In this document: one piece after another, positions 39,732 to 48,062 of the stretch
How positions within the stretch are numbered: the stretch's first letter is position 1
Layout: every line of letters begins with the position of its first letter
Origin: an uncultured Chloroflexia bacterium
GTDB lineage: Bacteria; Chloroflexota; Limnocylindria; Limnocylindrales; CSP1-4
Length of the DNA: 64,000 nucleotides
Assembly (NCBI GenBank): GCA_963700555.1
Contig: CAVOXZ010000011.1
Coordinates: 306,243-370,242 of the forward strand
Reading direction: 5' to 3'
Notes under the pieces: generated by a model
What the model was told of the DNA's origin: nothing
The model's database searches: none
What the model saw: the letters and a program-made list of their open reading frames with translations, nothing else
Translations under genes and position numbers: made by a program

Positions 39732-41944
39732 CGGCGTGGTTCGCTGACGAGCGTCTGGCGGCCATCGCTCGCGACGCCGGCAATTCGCCGGCGATCGTGG
39801 ACGGCAGCGACGAGCTGACGTGGCGCGAGCTCGACCGCCGGGCATCCGCGGCCGCGACCCTGGTGTCGGTGGGGGGCGTGGGCTCGGGCGAGCGCGTGGC
39901 CCTGCCGGGCGAGGCGTCGGTTGATGCCGTCGCCGCGATCCTCGGTGTCCTGCGTGCGGGGGCGGTGGCGGCGCCCGTGCCGTCGGGCCTCACCGCTCGC
40001 GAGCTGGCCGCTGCGACGAGGTCGCTCGACCCGGCGCTCGTCCTGCGCGCGGTCGACCTCGCGGGCAGGGATGCGTCCGGGGCCACGACGCCTGGGGCAG
40101 CCGGGCGTGATCCCGAGGGCCCCGCGGTGGTGGTCGGGACGTCGGGGACCACCGGCGCGCCGCGGGGCGTGGTGCTCTCGCACCGGGCGATGGCCGCGAG
40201 CGCCGACTCCTGGATGACCGTGCTGCCACCGGCCACGGGCTGGGTGCTGGCCCTCGAGCTGGCACACGTCGCCGGCCTCGGGATCCTGTGGCGGGCGCTC
40301 CGCGACGGAGTCCCGATCCGGATCGTGCCCCGCGGCGACCCGGCCGCCCTGCTCCGCGCCCTGGGGTCCGAGCCGGCTCCCAGTCACGTGTCGCTCGTGC
40401 CCGCCCAGCTCGCCCGCCTCCTCGACATCGCCCCCGGCCCGCCTCCGCGCACGCTCCGGGCGGTGCTCCTCGGCGGCGGCCCGATCCCGCCTGCGCTCGT
40501 GACCACGGCGCTCGGCGCGGGCTGGCCGATCGTGCCCACCTACGGGCTCTCGGAGGCCGCGTCCGGCGCCACTGCGCTCGACCCGGAGGAGGCCTGGGAT
40601 CACCCGGGTTCCGCCGGGCGACCGCTGCCCGGTGTCCACCTCGCCATCGCGGACGAGGGGCCGGACGGTGTCGGGGAGATCGTCCTGCAGTCCACCGCCC
40701 GCTGCTCCGGCTACCTGGGCGACGGGCCGGCGCCCGCGGCGCCCGCGGCGCCTGATGACCCAATCCGCACCGGCGACCTCGGCCGGCTCGACGGCGACGG
40801 CCGCCTGTTCGTCGTGGACCGGCGCCTCGACCGGATCGTCCGCGGCGGGGAGAACATCGCGCCGGCCGAGGTCGAGGCCGTCATCCTCGAGCACCTGGCC
40901 ATCGTCGACGCGGCCGTGGTCGCCCGGCCCGATGCGGAGCTGGGCCAGGTCCCGGTCGCGGCGATCGTGCTCCGCCCCGGCTCCCCGGACCCCGGGGACG
41001 AGGCGCTCGCCGCCCACGCCCGCACGTCGCTGGCCGGGTTCAAGGTCCCGGCAGCCTGGATCCGTCTCGACGTGCTGCCCCGGACCGCCGGCGGCAAGCT
41101 TCGCCGGGGGGCCGTCCGCGCGCTGCTCGCCGGGGAGCCCGCCGGCCAGCTGGCCAGGCCCGGCGGCGATGCGATCGGCTGGCGCGTCACGGGTACCGGA
41201 TCGCGGCACGTGCTCCTGCTGCACGGGACGCTCAGCACGGCGAAGCAGCTGGATCGACTGGCGCAGGCACTCTCGGAGCCCGGGGACATCACGGTCCACG
41301 CCCTTGACCGGCGCGGCAGCGGCTCGAGCCGCCTGTCGGCCCCTCGCCCACTCGACGTCGCCACCCATGTCGACGACGTCCGCGCCTACCTCGACGCCCG
41401 GGCCATCGATCGTGTCGACGTCGCGGGCATGAGCTTCGGGGGAGCGCTCGCGCTCGAGCTCGCGGCGCGGCTTCCGGACAGGGTGCGCGCCGTCGTCGCG
41501 TACGAGCCGCCGTATGGTCCTGCCGCCGACCCCGAGACCCTCGCCTGGTTCCAGGGCCTCGCCGCCGAGACCGCGCGCGCCCACGCCGAACGTGGCCCGG
41601 CCGGCGCGGCGGAGACGTTCCTGCGCGCGGTCGCAGGTGACGCGGCCTGGGACCGGCTCCCCGCGCGGGGTCGGCTGTTCCTCGAGGAGGAAGGCGACGG
41701 CGCCCTGGCCGACGCGGGCCTGACCGGCCTGGACCCCGACGGCCTTGGCCGGATTGCGTGCCCCGTCGCGATCCTGACCGGCGGCGCGTCGGAGCCGTTC
41801 TACGCCCCGATCGCCGATGCCCTCGCCGCGCGGATCCCGGGCGCTCGCCGCGATACCCTCGAAGGCCTCACGCATCCCGCGCCCATCACGCAGCCGGGCA
41901 TCATGGCCGCCGCCATCCGAGCCTGCCTGGAGCCTTCTGAGTGA
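39728..41944 (+). CDS. menE: o-succinylbenzoate-CoA ligase (MenE), fused to a C-terminal alpha/beta-hydrolase domain of about 290 aa
   Basis: The AMP-binding domain shows VGTSGTTGAPRGV, TYGLSEAASG, GDLGRLDGDGRLFVVDRRLDRIVRGGENI and PRTAGGKLRR. The C-terminal domain has LLLHGT, a GxSxG elbow (AGMSFGG) and a distal His (LTHPAPI). Confidence 0.8.
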   Translation: MTAWFADERLAAIARDAGNSPAIVDGSDELTWRELDRRASAAATLVSVGGVGSGERVALPGEASVDAVAAILGVLRAGAVAAPVPSGLTARELAAATRSLDPALVLRAVDLAGRDASGATTPGAAGRDPEGPAVVVGTSGTTGAPRGVVLSHRAMAASADSWMTVLPPATGWVLALELAHVAGLGILWRALRDGVPIRIVPRGDPAALLRALGSEPAPSHVSLVPAQLARLLDIAPGPPPRTLRAVLLGGGPIPPALVTTALGAGWPIVPTYGLSEAASGATALDPEEAWDHPGSAGRPLPGVHLAIADEGPDGVGEIVLQSTARCSGYLGDGPAPAAPAAPDDPIRTGDLGRLDGDGRLFVVDRRLDRIVRGGENIAPAEVEAVILEHLAIVDAAVVARPDAELGQVPVAAIVLRPGSPDPGDEALAAHARTSLAGFKVPAAWIRLDVLPRTAGGKLRRGAVRALLAGEPAGQLARPGGDAIGWRVTGTGSRHVLLLHGTLSTAKQLDRLAQALSEPGDITVHALDRRGSGSSRLSAPRPLDVATHVDDVRAYLDARAIDRVDVAGMSFGGALALELAARLPDRVRAVVAYEPPYGPAADPETLAWFQGLAAETARAHAERGPAGAAETFLRAVAGDAAWDRLPARGRLFLEEEGDGALADAGLTGLDPDGLGRIACPVAILTGGASEPFYAPIADALAARIPGARRDTLEGLTHPAPITQPGIMAAAIRACLEPSE

Positions 41945-42702
41945 CCGCCAGCCTGCCGCCCGACCACACGCCCACCGGTGCCTCCACCGGTGCCGGCAAT
42001 GCCGCCGCGCCGCCCGAGGTCCAGGTCATGTTCGACCGGATCGCACGCCGGTACGACCTGATGAACCTGCTGATCTCCGCGTTCCAGGAGCCTCGCTGGC
42101 GGCGACGCCTCGTTGCGAGGGCGGGACTCCGGCCCGGTGGCGCCGCGCTCGATGTCGCCTCCGGGACGGGCAAGGTCGCAGCCGACCTTCACGCGCAGGC
42201 CCAGCCGTTCGGGCGGGTGCTGGGCGTGGACCTGTCGCCCGGGATGACGGCCGTGGCCCAGGAGCGATACGCGAGTCGGCCCGGTCTCAGCTACGTGGTG
42301 GGGGACGCGCTCGCCCTGCCGACCGAGGACGGCACGTTCGACGCCGCCACGATCGCGTTCGGGATGCGCAACCTGCCCGACTACCGGCGCGGGTTCGCGG
42401 AGATGGCCCGCTCGGTCCGGCCGGGGGGCAAGGTGCTGTGCCTGGAGATCGCGCGTCCGAAGTCGCGCCTGGCCCGGTTCATGCGCTGGTGGTTCGACCG
42501 GGTCGTGCCCCTGATCGGGAAGGTCGCGGGGCACGGCGCCGCATACGGGTACCTGGTCAGGAGCGTGCAGGCCTATCCGGGGCCCGAACGGATCGCGGAG
42601 ATCATGGGCGAGGCCGGGCTGGTCGACGTGACCTGGCAGGGAATGACCGGCGGCATCGTCACCCTGCACGAGGGGACGGTCCCGATGGAGGCCGGTCGAT
42701 GA
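41941..42702 (+). CDS. menG: Demethylmenaquinone methyltransferase (UbiE/MenG family)
   Basis: VQVMFDRIARRYDLMNLLISAFQEPRWRRR, SAM motif LDVASGTGKVA, and an FGMRN motif. Confidence 0.85.
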   Translation: MTASLPPDHTPTGASTGAGNAAAPPEVQVMFDRIARRYDLMNLLISAFQEPRWRRRLVARAGLRPGGAALDVASGTGKVAADLHAQAQPFGRVLGVDLSPGMTAVAQERYASRPGLSYVVGDALALPTEDGTFDAATIAFGMRNLPDYRRGFAEMARSVRPGGKVLCLEIARPKSRLARFMRWWFDRVVPLIGKVAGHGAAYGYLVRSVQAYPGPERIAEIMGEAGLVDVTWQGMTGGIVTLHEGTVPMEAGR

Positions 42703-43034
42703 TCGTGTGCGTGCCGGTGGGCCCCGGAGGCGACGTGGACCCGCGATGGGGGCGGGCGTCGCGCCTGGCGGTTGCGAGGCTGGCGGGCGGGAGGATCGTC
42801 AGCTGGGAGGAGCACGACGTCGCGTGGGACGCGCTCCACGACATCGGTACCGAGGGCGGTCACCACGCCCGCGTCGCCCGGTTCCTCCACGACCACGGCG
42901 TGCAGGTGGTGGTGGCCGGCCACATGGGACCACCCATGGTGCAGATGCTGGGCAAGATGCGGATCGTCGCCAAGCTGGGTGTCGAGGGGGATGCGCGCGC
43001 GGCGGTGGAGTCGGTGGCAGCCCTGGAGAGCTAG
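42699..43034 (+). CDS. NifX/NifB-family (dinitrogenase FeMo-cofactor biosynthesis-like) small protein, terminal gene of the men operon
   Basis: 111 aa. IVCVPVG...GHHARVARFLHDHGVQVVVAGHMGPPMVQMLGKMRIVA matches the NifX/NafY/NifB-C fold pattern (VAVP..G..V..HFG....LL...gv.vvi.g.iG..a...L...GI.v). ATGA overlap with menG. Confidence 0.6.
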   Translation: MIVCVPVGPGGDVDPRWGRASRLAVARLAGGRIVSWEEHDVAWDALHDIGTEGGHHARVARFLHDHGVQVVVAGHMGPPMVQMLGKMRIVAKLGVEGDARAAVESVAALES

Positions 43035-43037
43035 CTC

Positions 43038-43058
43038 CGGCACGGGTCTCGCGTGCCG
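43038..43058 (+). terminator. Hairpin cggcacg-ggtctcg-cgtgccg, 3 bp after the men-operon terminal stop
   Basis: 7-bp perfect stem with a 7-nt loop, followed by a T-containing stretch (ataggcggttg). Confidence 0.45.
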
Positions 43059-43192
43059 ATAGGCGGTTGCGCGGTCTCCGGCCCAGCCGCGGCACCCCGC
43101 ATTTCCGGCAAGTCACCACCGACTGGCCGGGCCGACCACCACGCAGAGCTCGTCACCGCCCCGAGCGTGGGCGTGCGGCGAGCGCCAGTTCG

Positions 43193-44506
43193 ATGGTCGC
43201 GGATCCCAGTCCCACGCGACTCGGCACGTCGTATCCTGCGCCGGTGCCCAACCCCGTGACCGCCATCGCCGAGGCGATCGCACCTGCCCGCCTCGGCCCC
43301 GGCTTCCGCCGGCTGCTGCTCGCGTCCCTGATCACCAACACCGGTGACGGCATCGCGCTGGCCGCCGGGCCGCTGCTCGTCGCGTCGCAGAGCCGGGACC
43401 CGCTGCTGGTGTCGATGGCCCTGCTCGCCCAGAACGTCCCGGTGCTGCTGTTCGGCTTCGCTGCCGGCCTGGTGGCCGACCGGTTCGACCGGCGGCGGGT
43501 GATCGCGGCGGTCAACCTGGTCCGGGCCGTCGTCCTGGCGCTGCTCGCGGTCACGATCACGACCGGGGTCGTCAACATCGCCGTGGTCCTGGGGGCGCTG
43601 TTCGTGCTCGGCACCGCGGAGACCTTCGCCGACGTGGGCAGCGCGAGCATCCTGCCGCGCCTCGTCCGCCGCCAGGACCTCGGCATCGCCAACGCGCGCC
43701 TGACGGGATCGGTGCTGGTGACCAACCAGCTCCTGGCGCCGCCGATCGGGGCATTCGTGTTCGCGGTCGGGATGGCGCTGCCATTCGCCGCCGACGCGGC
43801 CTGCTTCCTCCTGGGCGCTGTGATCGTGAGCCGGCTGCAGTACTCGCAGGGCGAACGCGCCGGTCGCCCCATCTCCCGCGGATGGCGCTCGGACACGGCG
43901 GAGGGCATCCGGTGGCTGATGGCGCACCCGCCGATGCGCACGCTGCTGATCACGATCGTCGCGTTCAACGTCACCTACGGCGCGGCCTGGGGCGTGCTGG
44001 TGCTGTACGCAACCGAGCGGCTGGCGATGGACGAGGTCGGGTTCGGCCTGATCACGACCGCGATGGCGATCGGCGGGATCATCGGGACGGTCATGTACGG
44101 GCGCCTGGAGCGCCGGTTCGCGCTCGCGGACATCATGCGCGTGGGGCTGCTGATCGAGACCTTCACCCACCTGACGCTTGCGCTGACGACACAGCCCGCG
44201 GTGGCGCTGGTCACGTTCGTGGTGTTCGGTACCCATGCGTTCGTGTGGGGCACGACGGCGACGGCGGTCCGCCAGCGCGCGGTACCCGATGCGCTGCTGG
44301 GGCGCGTGACGGGCGTCTACCACGTGGGGGTGATGCTGGGGATCGTGGTCGGGACGCCGATCGGAGGGCTGCTCGCGCGCGGGTACGGGATCACCGCGCC
44401 GTTCTGGTTCGGGTTCGCGGGATCGGCGATCCTCGTGACGCTGCTGTGGCGCCAGTTCACCCACATCGTCCACGCGGGTGACGCTGGCGCGAGTGGCACC
44501 GCATGA
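43193..44506 (+). CDS. MFS transporter
   Basis: 12-TM MFS topology with MFS signature-like loops (GLVADRFDRRRV). Confidence 0.8.
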   Translation: MVADPSPTRLGTSYPAPVPNPVTAIAEAIAPARLGPGFRRLLLASLITNTGDGIALAAGPLLVASQSRDPLLVSMALLAQNVPVLLFGFAAGLVADRFDRRRVIAAVNLVRAVVLALLAVTITTGVVNIAVVLGALFVLGTAETFADVGSASILPRLVRRQDLGIANARLTGSVLVTNQLLAPPIGAFVFAVGMALPFAADAACFLLGAVIVSRLQYSQGERAGRPISRGWRSDTAEGIRWLMAHPPMRTLLITIVAFNVTYGAAWGVLVLYATERLAMDEVGFGLITTAMAIGGIIGTVMYGRLERRFALADIMRVGLLIETFTHLTLALTTQPAVALVTFVVFGTHAFVWGTTATAVRQRAVPDALLGRVTGVYHVGVMLGIVVGTPIGGLLARGYGITAPFWFGFAGSAILVTLLWRQFTHIVHAGDAGASGTA

Positions 44507-44512
44507 CACTGC

Positions 44513-44541
44513 TTGACATGTTCTGGCGCCCCCTTTATCCT
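44513..44541 (+). promoter_or_regulatory. Candidate leaderless promoter TTGACA-17-TATCCT. It ends 7 nt before the antitoxin ATG
   Basis: TTGACA at 44513-44518 and TATCCT at 44536-44541. The ATG at 44549 has no ribosome-binding site, which is consistent with a leaderless transcript. Confidence 0.45.
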
Positions 44542-44548
44542 AGCGGCG

Positions 44549-44995
44549 ATGGATGCAACGCGCTACCTGTCGGCCAAGGAAGCGGCCGAGCGCCTGGGGA
44601 TCAGCCTGCGGACGGTACGGCGGCGGATCGCGGACGGATCGCTGCCCAGCGTGAAGGTCGGCGGGGCCGTGCGAATCCCGACGTCCGCCCTGGAGCCGGC
44701 GGCTGCCGCGTCGGGATCGCACGCCGTCCGCGAGGCGGCTGCGCCATACGCCGCCGATCAGGAGTCACGCGAGGCCTACGTCCGGCGCTGGAACCGGGAC
44801 CACTGGCCGGACAGCTACGAGCGCATGCTGGAGCGTCGACGGGAAGGGTTCGAGCAGCTGGCGGAGGCGAGAAAGCGCACCAAGCCGCCGACCGGTCCGC
44901 ACGACACCGTTGACGCCATCCTCAACCAGGTCCGTGACGAGTTCGGCGCCCGCCTGCTCCAGTTCATCCCCGAGCGCAAGGAGTCCGCGGAATGA
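44549..44995 (+). CDS. Excisionase/MerR-type HTH DNA-binding protein. Probable antitoxin of the adjacent PIN toxin
   Basis: HTH LSAKEAAERLGISLRTVRRRIADGSLPSVKVGGAVRIP. A 4-nt overlap (ATGA) joins it to the downstream PIN gene. The alternative TTG start at 44513 would overlap the promoter. Confidence 0.6.
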   Translation: MDATRYLSAKEAAERLGISLRTVRRRIADGSLPSVKVGGAVRIPTSALEPAAAASGSHAVREAAAPYAADQESREAYVRRWNRDHWPDSYERMLERRREGFEQLAEARKRTKPPTGPHDTVDAILNQVRDEFGARLLQFIPERKESAE

Positions 44996-45444
44996 GCGCA
45001 GCCGTCATCGATGCGAGCGTCGTCCTCCGCTGGGCGTTCGAGGATGAGGCTGACCGCGAGGGAGCCGACCATGTCGCGGCGGCGATCGCGTCAGGTCAGC
45101 TCGATGTCGAAGGCCCGCCGAACTTCCTGCTCGAGGTCTGCGCGGCGCTCGTGATCGGGCTGCGGACGGGAAGGATCGACCGTGTCACCGCCGCTGACGT
45201 GCTCGCCGGGCTGGCCAAGGTGTCGATCCTGGAGGGTGACCCGCACGGGTTCGCCATCACCGCGTTCGAGCTTGCGCTGGACCATGGCATCCGGGTGCCG
45301 GATGCCGCGTACGTCGAGACTGCCCGGCGTTCGCGTGCCGTGCTGATCAGCGCCGACCGTGCACAGCTCCAGGCGGCGGCCGACCTCGGTGTCGCCACGG
45401 TGCCGATCGCGGAGGTCAGGTCGGGCTTTCCTGACAGCTCCTGA
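44992..45444 (+). CDS. vapC: PIN-domain ribonuclease (VapC-like toxin)
   Basis: N-terminal VIDASVVL, conserved acidic residues (E in LLEVCAAL, D in VPDAAYVETARR, D in LISAD), and a size of about 150 aa. Confidence 0.75.
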   Translation: MSAAVIDASVVLRWAFEDEADREGADHVAAAIASGQLDVEGPPNFLLEVCAALVIGLRTGRIDRVTAADVLAGLAKVSILEGDPHGFAITAFELALDHGIRVPDAAYVETARRSRAVLISADRAQLQAAADLGVATVPIAEVRSGFPDSS

Positions 45445-45473
45445 AGCGGGCGCGGCGGTACCATGCCTCACCC

Positions 45474-46418
45474 ATGCCCGATCCGACCATCACGCCCGAA
45501 CCGCTGATCCATGCCCGGAACCTGACCAAGCGGTTCGCCTCGCTCACCGCCGTCGACGGTATCGACTTCGACGTCGCTCGCGGGGAGAGCTTCGGCTTCC
45601 TGGGCCCCAACGGCGCCGGCAAGACGAGCGCGATGCGGATGATCGGATGCGTGTCCCCCGTGAGCGACGGGACCCTGACGATCCTCGGCCTGGACCCGGC
45701 CACCCACGGGCCCGAGATCCGCGCGCGGCTGGGGGTGGTGCCCCAGCAGGACACCCTCGACACGGAGCTCTCGGTCCGCGATAACCTGGTGATCTACGGC
45801 CGCTACTTCGGGCTGACGCGAGCGGAGTCGCGGGCGCGCGCGGACGACCTCCTCGACTTCGCCCAGCTGTCCGAGCGCGCGACCGACAAGGTCGAGCCCC
45901 TGTCGGGTGGCATGAAGCGCCGGCTGACCATCGCCCGGGCCCTGATCAACGAGCCGTCCATCCTCCTGCTCGATGAACCCACGACCGGCCTCGATCCCCA
46001 GGCCAGGCACCTGCTGTGGGAGCGCCTGTACCGGCTCAAGCAGCGCGGCGTGACCCTGGTCATCACGACCCACTACATGGACGAGGCCGAGCAGCTGTGC
46101 GACCGCCTCGTGGTCATGGACAAGGGGCGGATCGCCGCCGAAGGTTCGCCGCGCGACCTGATCGATCGCTACGCGACGCGGGAGGTCACCGAGCTCCGGT
46201 TCCCGGTCGGGGTCCAGGAGACCCTGGACCACCAGCTCGAGGGCCTCGGCGAGCGAGTCGAGCAGCTGCCCGACCGCATCCTCGTCTACTCGGACAACGG
46301 GGACGCGGTGGCCGCCGCCGCCGCGGAGCGCGGTCTCGCTCCCCAGGCCGTCCTCGTCCGGCGCAGCTCGCTCGAGGACGTGTTCCTGCGGCTGACCGGC
46401 CGGACGCTGGTCGACTGA
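45474..46418 (+). CDS. ABC transporter ATP-binding protein (DrrA-like, ABC-2 exporter)
   Basis: Walker A GPNGAGKTS, signature LSGGMKRRLTIARAL, and Walker B LLLDEPTTGLD. Confidence 0.9.
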   Translation: MPDPTITPEPLIHARNLTKRFASLTAVDGIDFDVARGESFGFLGPNGAGKTSAMRMIGCVSPVSDGTLTILGLDPATHGPEIRARLGVVPQQDTLDTELSVRDNLVIYGRYFGLTRAESRARADDLLDFAQLSERATDKVEPLSGGMKRRLTIARALINEPSILLLDEPTTGLDPQARHLLWERLYRLKQRGVTLVITTHYMDEAEQLCDRLVVMDKGRIAAEGSPRDLIDRYATREVTELRFPVGVQETLDHQLEGLGERVEQLPDRILVYSDNGDAVAAAAAERGLAPQAVLVRRSSLEDVFLRLTGRTLVD

Positions 46419-47248
46419 TGGCCGTCCTGGACGCGCCGATCGCGGGCAGCGGCATGCCGACCACCACGACCCGCCAGGCGCTGGTCGCCTCGTACGAGCA
46501 CCAGCTGCTCCTGTACGTCCGCACCTGGCGCGGCTCCATCTTCGCCAACTTCGCCCAGCCGGTCCTGTTCCTGGTTGCGATGGGGATGGGTCTCGGATCG
46601 TTCGTCGATCGCGGCGGCACGGGCGCGCTCGGGGGCGTGCCCTATCTCCAGTTCCTCGCCCCGGCCCTGCTCGTGTCCACGGTCATGCAGGGCTCCGTGT
46701 TCGCGGCGACCTTCCCGGTCATGGACGGCTTCCACTGGTCGCGCCGCTACCACGCCATGTATGCCGCACCCCTGTCCCCGTACGCGATCGCCTTCGGGCA
46801 GGTCGCCTGGATCGCCACCCGGGCGGCGCTGGTCGCGGTGATCTTCGTGCTCATGGTGGTGCTGCTGGGGGCCGCGGCGACGCCCGGGGTGATCCTCGCC
46901 GTGCCCGTCGGGACCCTGACCGGCCTCGCGTTCGCGGGACCGATCGCCGCCTACATGACGACGCAGCGTGACACCACCGCCTTCAACTCGATCTGGCGCT
47001 TCGGGATCACGCCGCTGTTCCTGTTCTCGGGCACGTTCTTCCCGATCACGCAGCTGCCGGACCTCCTGCAGCCGGTGGCCTGGGTGCTGCCCCTCTGGCA
47101 CGGCGTGGACCTTGCCCGCGCGGTCGCGCTGGGCACGGTGATGGACAACCCGCTGCTCCACCTCGCGCACCTGGGGATCCTCGCGACAGGCGCCATCGGC
47201 GGCACCGTAGCGACCTTCGTGATGTTCCGGCGGAGGCTGGAGCGATGA
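46418..47248 (+). CDS. ABC-2 family transporter permease
   Basis: Six-TM ABC-2 permease. ATG overlaps the upstream stop (TGATG). Confidence 0.8.
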   Translation: MAVLDAPIAGSGMPTTTTRQALVASYEHQLLLYVRTWRGSIFANFAQPVLFLVAMGMGLGSFVDRGGTGALGGVPYLQFLAPALLVSTVMQGSVFAATFPVMDGFHWSRRYHAMYAAPLSPYAIAFGQVAWIATRAALVAVIFVLMVVLLGAAATPGVILAVPVGTLTGLAFAGPIAAYMTTQRDTTAFNSIWRFGITPLFLFSGTFFPITQLPDLLQPVAWVLPLWHGVDLARAVALGTVMDNPLLHLAHLGILATGAIGGTVATFVMFRRRLER

Positions 47249-48054
47249 GCGCGCTGCTTGCCGCCGGACGCGTGCTGCCGCTCGCGATCGGCGGACGGCG
47301 CGCCCTCCTCATCATCGAGCGCAACTTCCTGCTCTTCCGCTCGGGCTGGCTGGTGATCCTGGCCGGGTTCTTCGAGCCGCTGTTCTACCTGCTCGCCATC
47401 GGCCTCGGGATCGGCGGGCTGGTGGGCGATGTGCCGGGGCCCGGTGGCGAGCTGATCCCGTACGCCCTGTTCGTGGCACCGGCGCTGCTCGCCTCGGCCT
47501 CGATGAACGGGGCCATCGCCGAGTCCACGTTCAACGTGTTCTTCAAGCTCAACTACCAGAAGACCTACGACGCGATCCTGGCCACCCCGCTGGCGCCGGG
47601 CGATGTCGCCCTGGGCGAGATCGGGTGGGCGGTCATCCGCGCGACCATGTACGCGGTCGGGTTCCTCGTGGTCGTCTTCGTGCTGGGGCTCGTTCGATCG
47701 CCGTGGGCGCTCCTTGCGATCCCTGCCGCAACCCTGCTCGCCTTCGCGTTCTCGGCCGTCGGCATGGCCGCGACCACGTTCATGCGCAGCTGGCAGGACT
47801 TCGACCTGGTGAACCTGGTCGTCCTGCCGCTGTTCCTGTTCTCGGGCACGTTCTTCCCGATCACCGCGTACCCCGAAGCGCTGCAGGGCGTGGTGATGCT
47901 CACCCCGTTGTGGCACGGCGTGGACATGATCCGGTCGCTGATCATGGGCACCGTGGACCTGTCGATCCTGTGGCACGTGGCCTACCTCGGCGCGATGGGC
48001 CTGGCGGGGCTGGCCGTCGTCGCGCGACGCCTCGACCGGATGCTGCTCAAGTAG
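47245..48054 (+). CDS. ABC-2 family transporter permease (second subunit)
   Basis: A paralogous six-TM permease. ATGA overlap. Confidence 0.8.
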   Translation: MSALLAAGRVLPLAIGGRRALLIIERNFLLFRSGWLVILAGFFEPLFYLLAIGLGIGGLVGDVPGPGGELIPYALFVAPALLASASMNGAIAESTFNVFFKLNYQKTYDAILATPLAPGDVALGEIGWAVIRATMYAVGFLVVVFVLGLVRSPWALLAIPAATLLAFAFSAVGMAATTFMRSWQDFDLVNLVVLPLFLFSGTFFPITAYPEALQGVVMLTPLWHGVDMIRSLIMGTVDLSILWHVAYLGAMGLAGLAVVARRLDRMLLK

Positions 48055-48062
48055 CCGGGCTG

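Noticed and set aside
39710-41875. 721-aa ORF on the - strand
   Set aside because: It is antisense to menE.
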